Shown here one piece after another: positions 1-8,729 of a stretch of 34,545 nucleotides of DNA. The DNA is from Candidatus Bipolaricaulota bacterium (GTDB lineage: Bacteria; Bipolaricaulota; Bipolaricaulia; UBA7950; UBA9294): NCBI GenBank assembly GCA_040752575.1, contig JBFMGK010000060.1, forward strand, positions 1 to 34,545, written 5' to 3'. The notes under the pieces were generated by a model. It was not told the DNA's origin. It searched no databases and saw only the letters and a program-made list of their open reading frames with translations. Position numbers and translations under genes: made by a program. Every line of letters starts with the position of its first letter. Within the stretch, counting starts at the first letter, position 1.

Positions 1-37
1 TCGCGAGTGGCTCCTGACGCAACGGCAGGCCGTCTAG
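1..37 (+). CDS. Possible 3' end of a gene entering from the left edge (...REWLLTQRQAV*)
   Basis: Frame 2 is open from base 2 to TAG at 35-37, convergent with the thioesterase. Too short to identify. Confidence 0.3.
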   Translation, partial: REWLLTQRQAV

Positions 38-130
38 GAGCGGCTTCGGCCGAGGTGCAATGCGGTGAACTCCACGCGGGCCGATGCGACGAGCGCCCGC
101 GCCGCGCATCTCAGGGAAGAAGCCGCCTCG

Positions 131-586
131 CTACGCAGTGGCGGTGGGACCTTCAGAAGAAGAGGACTCCCTGTCTGGCGCTGCCACGGCGGCGCGCAAC
201 TCCGGCCACGCGCGCAGCCACTGCTCGGTGAGCGGAGCCGGCCGTCCCGTCGTCTCGTCGATGAACACCGCGGTCACCTCGGCCTCGACGCAGAGCTCTT
301 CACTTCCCGCGAAGCGCGCCTCCTGGGCCAGGACGACCTTGCGTCGTCCGCCGCTTACGACGCGCGTTTCTACAAGCAATTCGTCGCCCGTGCTTGCCGG
401 CCGGCGGTACGAGATCGTGAGTCGAACCACGACGGGGAAGACGCCCTGCTTCTTGAGGAACTGGGCATCCACACCTCGTTTCTCGAGGTAGTCCCAGCGG
501 GCCTCCTCGAGGATCTCGAGATAGCGGGCGTTGTTCACGTGCCCGAAGCGATCCTCGTGGTACCCGCGCACCTTGACCCGTGTCAT
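131..586 (-). CDS. fadM: Acyl-CoA thioesterase, hot-dog fold (FadM/YbaW-like)
   Basis: MTRVKVRGYHEDRFGHVNNARYLEILEEARW closely matches the FadM/YbgC motif. ATG 586 (or GTG 589) follows a GGGGAGGGGAG SD. Confidence 0.85.
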   Translation of the reverse strand: MTRVKVRGYHEDRFGHVNNARYLEILEEARWDYLEKRGVDAQFLKKQGVFPVVVRLTISYRRPASTGDELLVETRVVSGGRRKVVLAQEARFAGSEELCVEAEVTAVFIDETTGRPAPLTEQWLRAWPELRAAVAAPDRESSSSEGPTATA

Positions 587-705
587 CACGGTTCTCCCCT
601 CCCCGCCGATGGGAGTACAGCGATCCGAAGCCTCTCGTCGTCGAGCGCGCCACTCGCTCGCGCTACGGCCACGATCCATCCCTTGCGTAGCAGCCCAACC
701 AGCGC

Positions 706-1050
706 TCAGCTACCCACGAACACCGTCGCGTTCGTGGGACGCGGCGCCTTGATCACCAGAATGCGAAGCGGCACAGTCCCCTCGTTGTACCAGGCGTGCA
801 CTATCCCCTTGGGGCTTTCAACCAACGTGTCGGCTTCCACGGCACAGCTCTCGTCGCCGATCGCCACGACGCCCTTTCCGGACACCACGTAGAACGCCAC
901 GTCGACAGGGGTGATGTGGCGCTTCAGTGACTGTCCCGGCTGCAGCGTGAGCGCTGTGATGACCGCCGTCTCATGGTCATACAGGCTCCGCGCGTCGACG
1001 TTGTGTGCGTTCTGCATGACTTCGAGCTTCCCGAGGGTACGAACGATCAC
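706..1050 (-). CDS. Cupin-2 domain protein
   Basis: LTLQPGQSLKRHITP...FYVVSGKG...SPKGIVHAWYN cupin motifs. GTG 1050 follows SD GAGGAGGT. Confidence 0.85.
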   Translation of the reverse strand: MIVRTLGKLEVMQNAHNVDARSLYDHETAVITALTLQPGQSLKRHITPVDVAFYVVSGKGVVAIGDESCAVEADTLVESPKGIVHAWYNEGTVPLRILVIKAPRPTNATVFVGS

Positions 1051-1275
1051 GAGCCACCTCCTCGCTCCGCACCCTAGGATACCCGGTTGCCCACCCGGCG
1101 CCTTCGGAGCGGCTCGGCAGCCACTTTCGTGTCGCCGTTCTTCGGCGCCGAAGGCCAAGAGGCCATCATGCCAAACCGCACAAGGAACCTTGTCCGATCT
1201 GCCCGGGACACAATGGAAGGTTCCGAGAGGGACCGCGGCGCTGGGAGCCTAGAACCCTTCGAGCATACTCGCCGC

Positions 1276-2004
1276 ATGAGGACGCAACGGGTGTTCTGGG
1301 TGGCTGTCGGTCTGGTGGTGGCGGGAAGTGCTGCGGCCGCCGCGTTGTTCATTCTGCCGAGCGGCGATGCACGGCAAACGGCGACGTCGCCGACTGTCGT
1401 GGCAACGATTGTCATCGACGCTGGATCGGGGGGCTACGATCCCGGAGCGGTCTACGCCGGCGTGGAGGAGGAGGACGTCAATCTCACCATTGCCGAGCGC
1501 GTCAAGGCCCTCGCCGAGACGGACCGTCGGCTCCGCGTCGTCATGACGCGAACCCTCGACGTCTACACTTCACTCGACGCGCGCGTTGCGACCGCAAATG
1601 CCGCACGTCCTGCGCTCTATCTATCCATTCAGGCCAATGCCAGCGGCCAGCATCCCGAGGCGGCGGGGATCGAGACCTGGGTGGCCTCGAAGGTGTCCCC
1701 GGGGAGTCCAAGCTGGCAGTTCGCCGAGATCCTCCAGAGCGCCGTCATTGCCGCCACGGGAGCGCGAGATCGGGGAGTGAAGAGCCAAGAGCTCTACATC
1801 GGCCGAATCACGTCGCCAGCCGCGCTCCTTGAGACAGGGTTCTTGTCGAATGCGGCCGAACGCGACAGGCTCCAGACACCGCTTTACCAAGAGCAGATCG
1901 CGACGGGCATCGTGAAGGGCATCCTCGCCTACCTGGAGCACGCCATTCCTCAGTTCGCGGCCGGCGATGCGTCAGGCACCACGTCTTCGCAGCGGGACCG
2001 CTGA
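1276..2004 (+). CDS. N-acetylmuramoyl-L-alanine amidase (Amidase_3) homolog with N-terminal membrane anchor; Zn-binding His residues substituted
   Basis: IVIDAGSGGYDPGA..E..VNL.IA, LSIQAN, GIETW, LLETGFLSN. Hydrophobic N-terminus. ATG 1276 lies 6 nt after CATACT. Confidence 0.85.
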   Translation: MRTQRVFWVAVGLVVAGSAAAAALFILPSGDARQTATSPTVVATIVIDAGSGGYDPGAVYAGVEEEDVNLTIAERVKALAETDRRLRVVMTRTLDVYTSLDARVATANAARPALYLSIQANASGQHPEAAGIETWVASKVSPGSPSWQFAEILQSAVIAATGARDRGVKSQELYIGRITSPAALLETGFLSNAAERDRLQTPLYQEQIATGIVKGILAYLEHAIPQFAAGDASGTTSSQRDR

Positions 2005-2218
2005 GGAGCCTCCAGGACCCCACCTTCCTTCTCGGGTCTCCACACGCCGGAGTGCCGCACGCCGACGGTGCCTGCACTCGGCGAGCCCACGCAGGTCGGC
2101 CTGAGGTCAGCCCCGTGCGCCCAAGTGCCGCCCAACGCCAGCCGCGGCGTACTGCGCCGGCTCGACTTGGCTTGCGGGGATGTGCTGCCTAGAGTCTCCC
2201 CACCGAGGAGGATCCGCC

Positions 2219-3319
2219 ATGCGTAGGAATCCGACCCTGTCTCGCGCAGTGCACTTCGGTCATCGTCAGGAGCTTCAGCGAACGACTCGCGCCCCTGTCT
2301 TCACGCTTCTCTTGGCCCTCCTCATGGCCTACGGCGCGCTGGTCTCGTGCGCCCACGAGCCGGCGCCGCCGCGATCTCCCTACGAGACGACCGTCGAGGC
2401 GTTTAGCGTCATCGGCCCAACGGGCAATAGGATCTACTGCCAGATGCGTCGCCCCGCCCCCGCCCTCTATGCGGAACTCGCCTTCCCCGCCATCATCCTC
2501 ATTCAAGGGGGGATCAACGCGGGCCGCATGGAGGTCTACGGCCAAGAGGCACGGGCTCTCGCCGGCGAAGGGATGGTCGTCGTTTCGTTCAACGCCGAGG
2601 GGCGGATCGACACATTGGCCGCCGACGATCTTCGCTCCGAAGGAGACGAGGACTACAACGGCTTCCGCCATCAGGACGGCCTCGCGTGCATCGTGGAGTA
2701 TGTGGCTGCGCTCGATGGCGTCCTGGCCGACAACATCGGCCTCAAGAGCCAGTCCTACGGCATCACGATGGCCGCCGGATGCGCCGCGCGCCACCCGGAG
2801 CTCCCGATTCGATATCTGGTGGATTGCGAGGGCCCGTCCGAAAGCTTCGTCACCTGCCACGGACCGCGTTACCTCGCCGGAGACCTCCAGAAGTACGAGA
2901 TCGTTCGCTCGACGTTCGGGCGCCTCGCCCTATGGCAAGATGCCTCGCAGGGAAACCGAGACTGGTGGGCTGAGCGCGAAGCGGTTCGGTTCATCGGCGC
3001 CTTCCGCGGCGCCTACCTGCGGCTCCAGGCAACGTGGGACCACGCACAGCCGCCGGAGAGCGACGCGGAGATCGCGGCCTTCCACCACCCGACCGGTTGG
3101 CCCGGCGGCGGCCCCGCGTGGTGGCACAACAAACACGCAACCGACATGGTGAACGCTGCCGTCGCGGGAGGCGTGCCCTGGGTTCGCGTCAACCTGCAAC
3201 CTCAAGGCAACGCCCCAAACGCCACCTACGACGCCGAGACTGCGCCCACGTACCTTCCTGGCCACCTCGCCGACGAGTCGTGGAGCGTGCGCGCGGTGCT
3301 GGAGATGGCGGGAATCTAG
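2219..3319 (+). CDS. Exported or lipoprotein alpha/beta-hydrolase-fold protein
   Basis: Hydrophobic segment ending LVSC (lipobox-like), FPAIILIQGG, VVVSFNAEG, nucleophile elbow NIGLKSQSYG. SD GAGGAGG before ATG 2219. Confidence 0.7.
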   Translation: MRRNPTLSRAVHFGHRQELQRTTRAPVFTLLLALLMAYGALVSCAHEPAPPRSPYETTVEAFSVIGPTGNRIYCQMRRPAPALYAELAFPAIILIQGGINAGRMEVYGQEARALAGEGMVVVSFNAEGRIDTLAADDLRSEGDEDYNGFRHQDGLACIVEYVAALDGVLADNIGLKSQSYGITMAAGCAARHPELPIRYLVDCEGPSESFVTCHGPRYLAGDLQKYEIVRSTFGRLALWQDASQGNRDWWAEREAVRFIGAFRGAYLRLQATWDHAQPPESDAEIAAFHHPTGWPGGGPAWWHNKHATDMVNAAVAGGVPWVRVNLQPQGNAPNATYDAETAPTYLPGHLADESWSVRAVLEMAGI

Positions 3320-3348
3320 CGCTCTCCGTTGCGCCTTGGCATTCGTCG

Positions 3349-4023
3349 TTAGCGCCGCAGGCGCTTGATCCCGAAGGCGTTAAGCGCCTGTCGCCATGCG
3401 GTGAGCTTCTCGGCGTACGGAATCGCTCGCGCAGGACTGGTCGACGGAAGGCGCAGGAAGACGAGGCGCCGACTCGCGGCCCCATCCAGGAGCGGCAACA
3501 CGCGACGGCGAAAGGTCTCCTCGGCCTTCGTCCCGTTGAAGAGGACGGCACCGAGGCTTGGATGTCCCGCGATCAACCCCGCGATGTCATTCGGGACCTC
3601 GCTCTCGGCAACGATGGCCGCGTCGAGGCTGCCGCGTCGCTCACAGCTGGCCAGAACGTCCCACAGTGCGATCCGAGCGCGCCGAAGCCCGGCGATCCGA
3701 CGTGAGTACGGCAGATCCGCAGGCACGACGTCCAGATCGCTCAGGATCTTCCAGAACGCGTTCTGTCGGTGCGCGTAGTACTCCCCCGCCGCAAGCGACG
3801 CGACACTCGGGATCGAACCGAGGACGAGCACTCGCGGCGCTCGCCCCACCACCGGCGCGAAACTCCGCACGCGGGTCGCCTCCGCGGCCTCTCTCGCCCC
3901 GGGAGGCCCGCCCTCGGGTTCCGATCCACCCTGTGCCACCGCCACACCTCTGCTTGCACCGGCCGCACTTCGTCTGGAGGCAGTTGCCCGCCGCGCATCC
4001 GCTTCGAGCCGTCGCACGGTCAT
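3349..4023 (-). CDS. UDG-superfamily DNA glycosylase (hypoxanthine/DNA-deoxyinosine glycosylase type)
   Basis: VLVLGSIPSVASL..GEYYAHRQNAFW, IALWDV..SCERRGSLD, LFNG, LPSTSPA. Start uncertain: ATG 4023 has an SD, but the domain begins near 3870. Confidence 0.85.
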   Translation of the reverse strand: MTVRRLEADARRATASRRSAAGASRGVAVAQGGSEPEGGPPGAREAAEATRVRSFAPVVGRAPRVLVLGSIPSVASLAAGEYYAHRQNAFWKILSDLDVVPADLPYSRRIAGLRRARIALWDVLASCERRGSLDAAIVAESEVPNDIAGLIAGHPSLGAVLFNGTKAEETFRRRVLPLLDGAASRRLVFLRLPSTSPARAIPYAEKLTAWRQALNAFGIKRLRR

Positions 4024-4338
4024 TCCCCCCTCGCCCTCCACCACGCTGTGAGCCTATCGACTCCCTGACGCCGCGCCCACTTGCCCCTCGCAGGCAGTTC
4101 CGTCGGCACACCAACGAGCCGTCACGGGGACGCTCGTCCTCGATATGCGGTGCGCGGCACCGTTCGGCTCAGCGTCCCTTCCGCCCCGAACCCCGGGAAG
4201 TCTTTCCAGAACTGTGAGGACTCGCGCAATCTCATCACATCGGCTCTCGGAACCGTGTACGCACGATGGAAAGATGCCCCGTTCGATGTTGTAAGGTGAA
4301 GCGGCCGGGTTGGCCACCCATGAGGAGGTGAAGTTCAC

Positions 4339-5283
4339 ATGGAATCCCTCGCAGCGTGGGTCGAGCGGGCTCTTGGCGTGAGCTCAGAGACGGTCGGGAA
4401 ACTGGTCCTCACCTTGGCCATCGCGGTCGCACTCACAACGCTCCGGATGATCTGGGTACGCCTCGTCTACCATCGCACGGATAGGCCTGACCTGCGTTAT
4501 CGGTGGCGCAAGGGGTCCGCGTATGGTGTCACAGTCATCGGACTCGTGCTGATCGGCCGCGTCTGGCTCGAGGGCATCCAGTCCCTGGTCACCTATTTTG
4601 GCCTCCTCTCAGCCGGAGTTGCGGTCGCTCTCCGAGACCCTATTGTCAACGCGATCGGCTGGGCATATATCGGCTGGCGCCGTCCGTTCGGAGTGGGGGA
4701 TCGCGTCCGCGTCGGCGACTTGAATGGGGATGTCATCGACATCGGCATCTCGACCTTCTCGCTCCTCGAGGTGAGCTCGCGAGACCAGGGCGAACAGCCC
4801 ACCGGACGCATCGTCCACGTTCCCAATGGAAAGGTCTTCGTAGAGCCTGTCAGCAACATCACGCAGGGGTTCAGTTATGTCTGGAACGAGATCCCGATCG
4901 TCGTGACGTTCGAGTCCAACTGGCAGCGCGCAAAGTCCATTCTCCTGCACGTCGCTCGCGAGGAGGTGGGATCCGCAGCGGACGAGGCTCAGCGATGGAT
5001 CCGTGATGCCACAAAGCGTTTTCTGATTCGGCCCCCCGACGCCTCTCCCGCGGTCTACACCAGAATCGTGAGCGACGGCGTAGAGCTGACCGTTCGCTAC
5101 GTGTGCGAGGCTCGCCACCGCAGAACCACCGAGGAGACGATTGCCGAAGCTATCCTGAAGGCCTTCGCGGGAGAGTCAGCGATTGACCTGGCCTATCGCA
5201 CAAGCCGCCTCTTCAGGAACAGCGAAGAGGGCAAGCCCGCACTCCGTTCAAGCGCTTCATGCGGCGAGGACACCGTCCGCTAG
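4339..5283 (+). CDS. mscS: Small-conductance mechanosensitive channel, MscS family
   Basis: Three N-terminal TM segments, RPFGVGDRVRVGDLNGDVIDIG, IVHVPN. SD GAGGAGGTG. Confidence 0.9.
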   Translation: MESLAAWVERALGVSSETVGKLVLTLAIAVALTTLRMIWVRLVYHRTDRPDLRYRWRKGSAYGVTVIGLVLIGRVWLEGIQSLVTYFGLLSAGVAVALRDPIVNAIGWAYIGWRRPFGVGDRVRVGDLNGDVIDIGISTFSLLEVSSRDQGEQPTGRIVHVPNGKVFVEPVSNITQGFSYVWNEIPIVVTFESNWQRAKSILLHVAREEVGSAADEAQRWIRDATKRFLIRPPDASPAVYTRIVSDGVELTVRYVCEARHRRTTEETIAEAILKAFAGESAIDLAYRTSRLFRNSEEGKPALRSSASCGEDTVR

Positions 5284-5401
5284 TCACGCCGATCGGTTGC
5301 GAGTCCTCCCGGGAGAGCGGTGCGCGGACGGATGTCCATCTGCGCGGTCGCCTCCGTCGGGGTGCCCCGGCGGAGGACCGCGATACTCGCCCGAGAGAAC
5401 C

Positions 5402-7147
5402 ATGAGAACGCCTTCAAGACCCTCCCCGCCAGGCTCCGGAAGCTTCCGGGAGCTGTTCGATCGCGTGCCGATCGGGCTGTATCGCACGACGCCCGCCGGT
5501 GAAATCCTCGACGTGAATCCGGCGTTCGTCGCGATGTTGGGCTATCCCGACAAGCCGGCGTTGCTCGCCGAGATCGCGACGTCGGTCTATGCCGAGACCG
5601 ACGCGCGGGATCGCTGGCTCGCCGAGATCGACGACAAGGGAAGCGCCGCGGGGCTGGAAGCACAGTGGCGCCGTCACGATGGAACGCTCATCTGGGTTGA
5701 GGAGAGCGCCTATGCCGTGCGCGACGCAAGCGGCGCCGTCCTTCACTACGTCGGCAGTGCGAGCGACGTGACAGCCCGCCGAACGGCGCAGACGAGCCTC
5801 GCGACCGAGCGAGCGCGATTCGAGCAGCTGTTCGCAGCATCGCCCGAGGCGATTGTCCTCTGCGCGAACGATGGGGCGATCCTGCGCGCCAATGCAGCTT
5901 TCCTCAGTCTGTTTGGCTACGACCTCCACGAAGTCCTTGGTCGTGACATCGACCTCCTCGTCGCGCCCGAGCAGGACGGACTCCAAACGGAAGCCCGCGG
6001 GATCACCCAGCAAATCGCCGACGGTCAGACTTCGTTCGTCGAGACGCGACGCCGCCGAAAGGACGGTCAGTGGGTCCATGTCTCGATTCTCGGCAAGCCG
6101 ATCCTCATGGACGGAACTCAGATCGCGATCTACGGCATCTACCGCGACATCACCGCCCAGAAGAGAGCCGAGGCGGCACTCACGCTTTCCCATTGGAAAG
6201 TTGAGCAACTACACGGAGCGGCGGACGCCCTCGGCGCTTCGGATACCGAGGAGGAGATCTACCGGATCACCTGCGAGGCGGCGGAGCGTGTCCTCGGATT
6301 CACCCTCGGCGTCCTCTGCATCGCCGACGGAGAGGAGTTTGCGTGCCAGGCCGTCTCGTCGAGTATCACACTCGAAACCCTCGGACGAACGCGGATGGAT
6401 CCCGAGGGGACGGCGATGCGCGCTCTGCAGTCCGGACAGCCAATCATCGTCTCGGATCCCGCTCCAGCGAGTCTTCCCCTGGGCATTCCCCACTCGTCAC
6501 GCTCGCTCATCTGCGCTCCCATCGGCGAGCTCGGCGTCTTTCAGGCTGCATCGCCCGAGCCTGACGCATTCAGCAAAGACGACGGCCGCCTTCTGGCCAT
6601 TCTGCTACGCCACACGGCCGTGGGAGTCGCCCGCTTGCGCCTGCAGAAGGAACTGATCCGCCAGGCGCGGCACGATGTGCTGACCGGTGCGTTCAACCGA
6701 CGCTACTTCAACGAGTTCATCGCCCAAGAGGTCCTGCGGGCATCGCGCTACGACCACCCCATCGGACTTCTGATGATCGACGTCAACCGATTCAAGGAGA
6801 TCAACGATCGCTACGGGCACCAGGTCGGCGACTCCGTCCTGCGCGAGATCGCCAGCGTCCTCCTCGGGACGGTACGAAAGACGGACATGGTCGTCCGCTA
6901 CGGCGGGGACGAGTTCCTCGTCGTCCTCACAGAAACGGGCCAGGAGGCGGAGGATGCCGCGCAGCGCGTGCGCGCCGCCGTCAGGAGCAGCGAGGCCTTG
7001 CGCCAAATCAGCGGATTCGACGTCACGGTCTCCGTCGGCAGCATCTTCTGGCACCCGGACACGGGAACGCCCATCGAAGAAGCCCTCGCAACCGCGGACG
7101 CGCGGATGTACGACGACAAGAGGTTGGGGCGCATCGGACGGAGCTAG
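5402..7147 (+). CDS. Diguanylate cyclase, PAS-PAS-GAF-GGDEF
   Basis: Two PAS/PAC repeats, a GAF-like region, HDVLTGAFNRR, intact GGDEF and RKTD I-site. Stop overlaps the convergent gene in CTAG 7144-7147. Confidence 0.92.
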   Translation: MRTPSRPSPPGSGSFRELFDRVPIGLYRTTPAGEILDVNPAFVAMLGYPDKPALLAEIATSVYAETDARDRWLAEIDDKGSAAGLEAQWRRHDGTLIWVEESAYAVRDASGAVLHYVGSASDVTARRTAQTSLATERARFEQLFAASPEAIVLCANDGAILRANAAFLSLFGYDLHEVLGRDIDLLVAPEQDGLQTEARGITQQIADGQTSFVETRRRRKDGQWVHVSILGKPILMDGTQIAIYGIYRDITAQKRAEAALTLSHWKVEQLHGAADALGASDTEEEIYRITCEAAERVLGFTLGVLCIADGEEFACQAVSSSITLETLGRTRMDPEGTAMRALQSGQPIIVSDPAPASLPLGIPHSSRSLICAPIGELGVFQAASPEPDAFSKDDGRLLAILLRHTAVGVARLRLQKELIRQARHDVLTGAFNRRYFNEFIAQEVLRASRYDHPIGLLMIDVNRFKEINDRYGHQVGDSVLREIASVLLGTVRKTDMVVRYGGDEFLVVLTETGQEAEDAAQRVRAAVRSSEALRQISGFDVTVSVGSIFWHPDTGTPIEEALATADARMYDDKRLGRIGRS

Positions 7148-7614
7148 CAGCCGATCACGATATGGAGGTCGATCGCCCACTGCGATCGGTCGCGCTCCAT
7201 GAGGTTCAAGAACTCCTCCAAGCATCGGTCCCCGCACGCTGGGAACCTGTCCGGACTTCCCTCCACCCAGACGGAGAGAGCCCGCCATCGCTCTCCAAGG
7301 TGCTCGAGTCCGACGCAGTGCGTGACGGCGTACTTGCCTGCGGGGACTCGCTCGATCTCGATCGGCGGCTCGGCGTCGACCTCCGGGCCGACGACGAGCC
7401 AGCCTTCGTAGCCGTAGTTCGGACTGCCCGGCGTCGGGTTTGGGTTGCTGAATCCAAACAACCGCACGCCCGGCGATCCCGGAACCCATCCTTTCGCGCG
7501 CGCGAAGCGTGTGATCGCGGTCGACGCTTGATCCTCGGGGTGTCGGCCAAAGCCGAGCGCACTCGCGACACGCATCGGCGGCAGATCGACGATTCGGACT
7601 TCTGTCAGCGGCAC
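7144..7614 (-). CDS. GyrI-like small-molecule (effector)-binding domain protein
   Basis: VRIVDLPPMRVA...FGFSNPNP...YGYEGW...PAGKYAV...W..L..WV...CLEE. GTG 7614 follows SD GGGAGGT. Confidence 0.85.
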   Translation of the reverse strand: MPLTEVRIVDLPPMRVASALGFGRHPEDQASTAITRFARAKGWVPGSPGVRLFGFSNPNPTPGSPNYGYEGWLVVGPEVDAEPPIEIERVPAGKYAVTHCVGLEHLGERWRALSVWVEGSPDRFPACGDRCLEEFLNLMERDRSQWAIDLHIVIGC

Positions 7615-7630
7615 TCCCCACCTCCCGTTC

Positions 7631-7649
7631 GAGGGGCGGCCGGCCCCTC
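7631..7649. promoter_or_regulatory. Perfect 7-bp inverted repeat upstream of the GyrI-like gene
   Basis: GAGGGGC-GGCCG-GCCCCTC with no U-tract. Could be an operator or an mRNA-stabilising hairpin. Confidence 0.35.
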
Positions 7650-7663
7650 ACGCACATGCTGCA

Positions 7664-7920
7664 CTACAACTTCAGCCGCTCTTCCTGCGGGAGCACGTTC
7701 TCGTACTCCGCGGAGCGGGACCCCACGTGCTCGGGCTTCCATGTCTCAACGTACGTGAACCCCATCCGCTCATAGAAGTGGCGGTTCTTCGTGTGGGACT
7801 CCGGCGTCCCCAACCGCTAGCGCCTCACGTTGGGCTGCAGCCGGTAGATCTGGCGCATCGCCTCTTGACCCATCCTGCGGTCCTGGTACACGGGCCTAAC
7901 GAAGATCCGCCAGAAGTCCT
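7664..7920 (-). pseudogene. GNAT acetyltransferase remnant: 5' half missing, internal TAG
   Basis: Manual read-through gives FWRIFVRPVYQDRRMGQEAM...NVRR*RLGTPESHTKNRHFYERMGF...RLKL*. The TAG at 7817-7819 sits where W is expected. True stop at 7664-7666. Confidence 0.75.
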
Positions 7921-7924
7921 CCAT

Positions 7925-8611
7925 CCGGAAGTTGCCGCGTTCTTCCCCTCCAGCATCCACAAGCCCCTCGAGGATCTTGGCCTCTCGGACCCGCTTCGCT
8001 CTGCCCGACGCAAGCTCTCCGCCGCGCTGTCCGATCCGCGACACGCAACGGCGAGGTGTCTTGCGGAACGTATCGTGATCGACTCACTTGCTTGTCGGAA
8101 CCGCCGGGGCGCGACGGGCTCGTTGCCCATTCTGTACGAGGCCACGCTTGGCGACCGCTGGGCTCGCGCTGCGTTCGCGCGGCAGTTCGGAGCCACCACT
8201 CGCAACATCGCGCCATACGGCCTCGCATCGAAGGCCGGTGAGGGGTACGTCATCTGGGCCGGCGAAGACGACCACATCCGCGTCGACACCGTGTTCGCGA
8301 TCCGACGTGCCGGCGCCCTGGCCACGCCCTTCTCGCGTCCTGCGGCCTTCGACCTTCAGACGTTCTGGGATGAATGGAAGGAGCGCGAGGAGGAGAGGCA
8401 GCCATCCTTCGACGTGCGGCTCCGCGTCCGAAAGGACGCCGTGGCGTACGTCCACAGCGCACTTGAGGATCGCCGCAAGCTCCTCGCGCTGGGTGGGGCT
8501 GTCGAGGTCGTCCATCCGCCAGCCCTACGCGCCTCGCTAGAGGACTTCGCAAACCAGATCTGCAGAGTCTATGAAGCATCGTACGCCGACGTCCCACCTC
8601 GAACCGGGTGA
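7925..8611 (+). pseudogene. Degenerate WYL/WCX transcriptional regulator (YafY/PafB type) lacking its N-terminal HTH
   Basis: PLEDLGL..LRSARRKLSAAL, IAPYGLASKAGEGYV (WYL motif eroded), FSRPAAFDLQTFWDEW, LLALGGAVEVVHPPALR. No credible start or HTH; the WCX domain appears internally shortened. Confidence 0.75.
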
Positions 8612-8729
8612 CGTTGCCCGGCGGGCGCCTCGCTTCGTACCGTCGGAACGAGAGATCCGCGCCGCTTCGCCTCACTGCCGCGTTCCCTTCCGCGACCGGC
8701 GATGGCCACGAGTCGACGCCCGTCAGCGG

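Noticed and set aside
4213..4239. TGTGA...TCACA upstream of mscS as a CRP/FNR-family site
   Set aside because: The spacer is 17 nt rather than 6.
7817..7819. In-frame TAG in the GNAT as possible pyrrolysine or stop-codon recoding
   Set aside because: It falls at an expected Trp (TGG to TAG is one change), the gene also lacks its 5' half, and many intact genes here end in TAG.
7727..8611. 294-aa ORF as an intact novel protein
   Set aside because: Its first 65 or so codons are the antisense of the GNAT remnant. It has no SD and no HTH.
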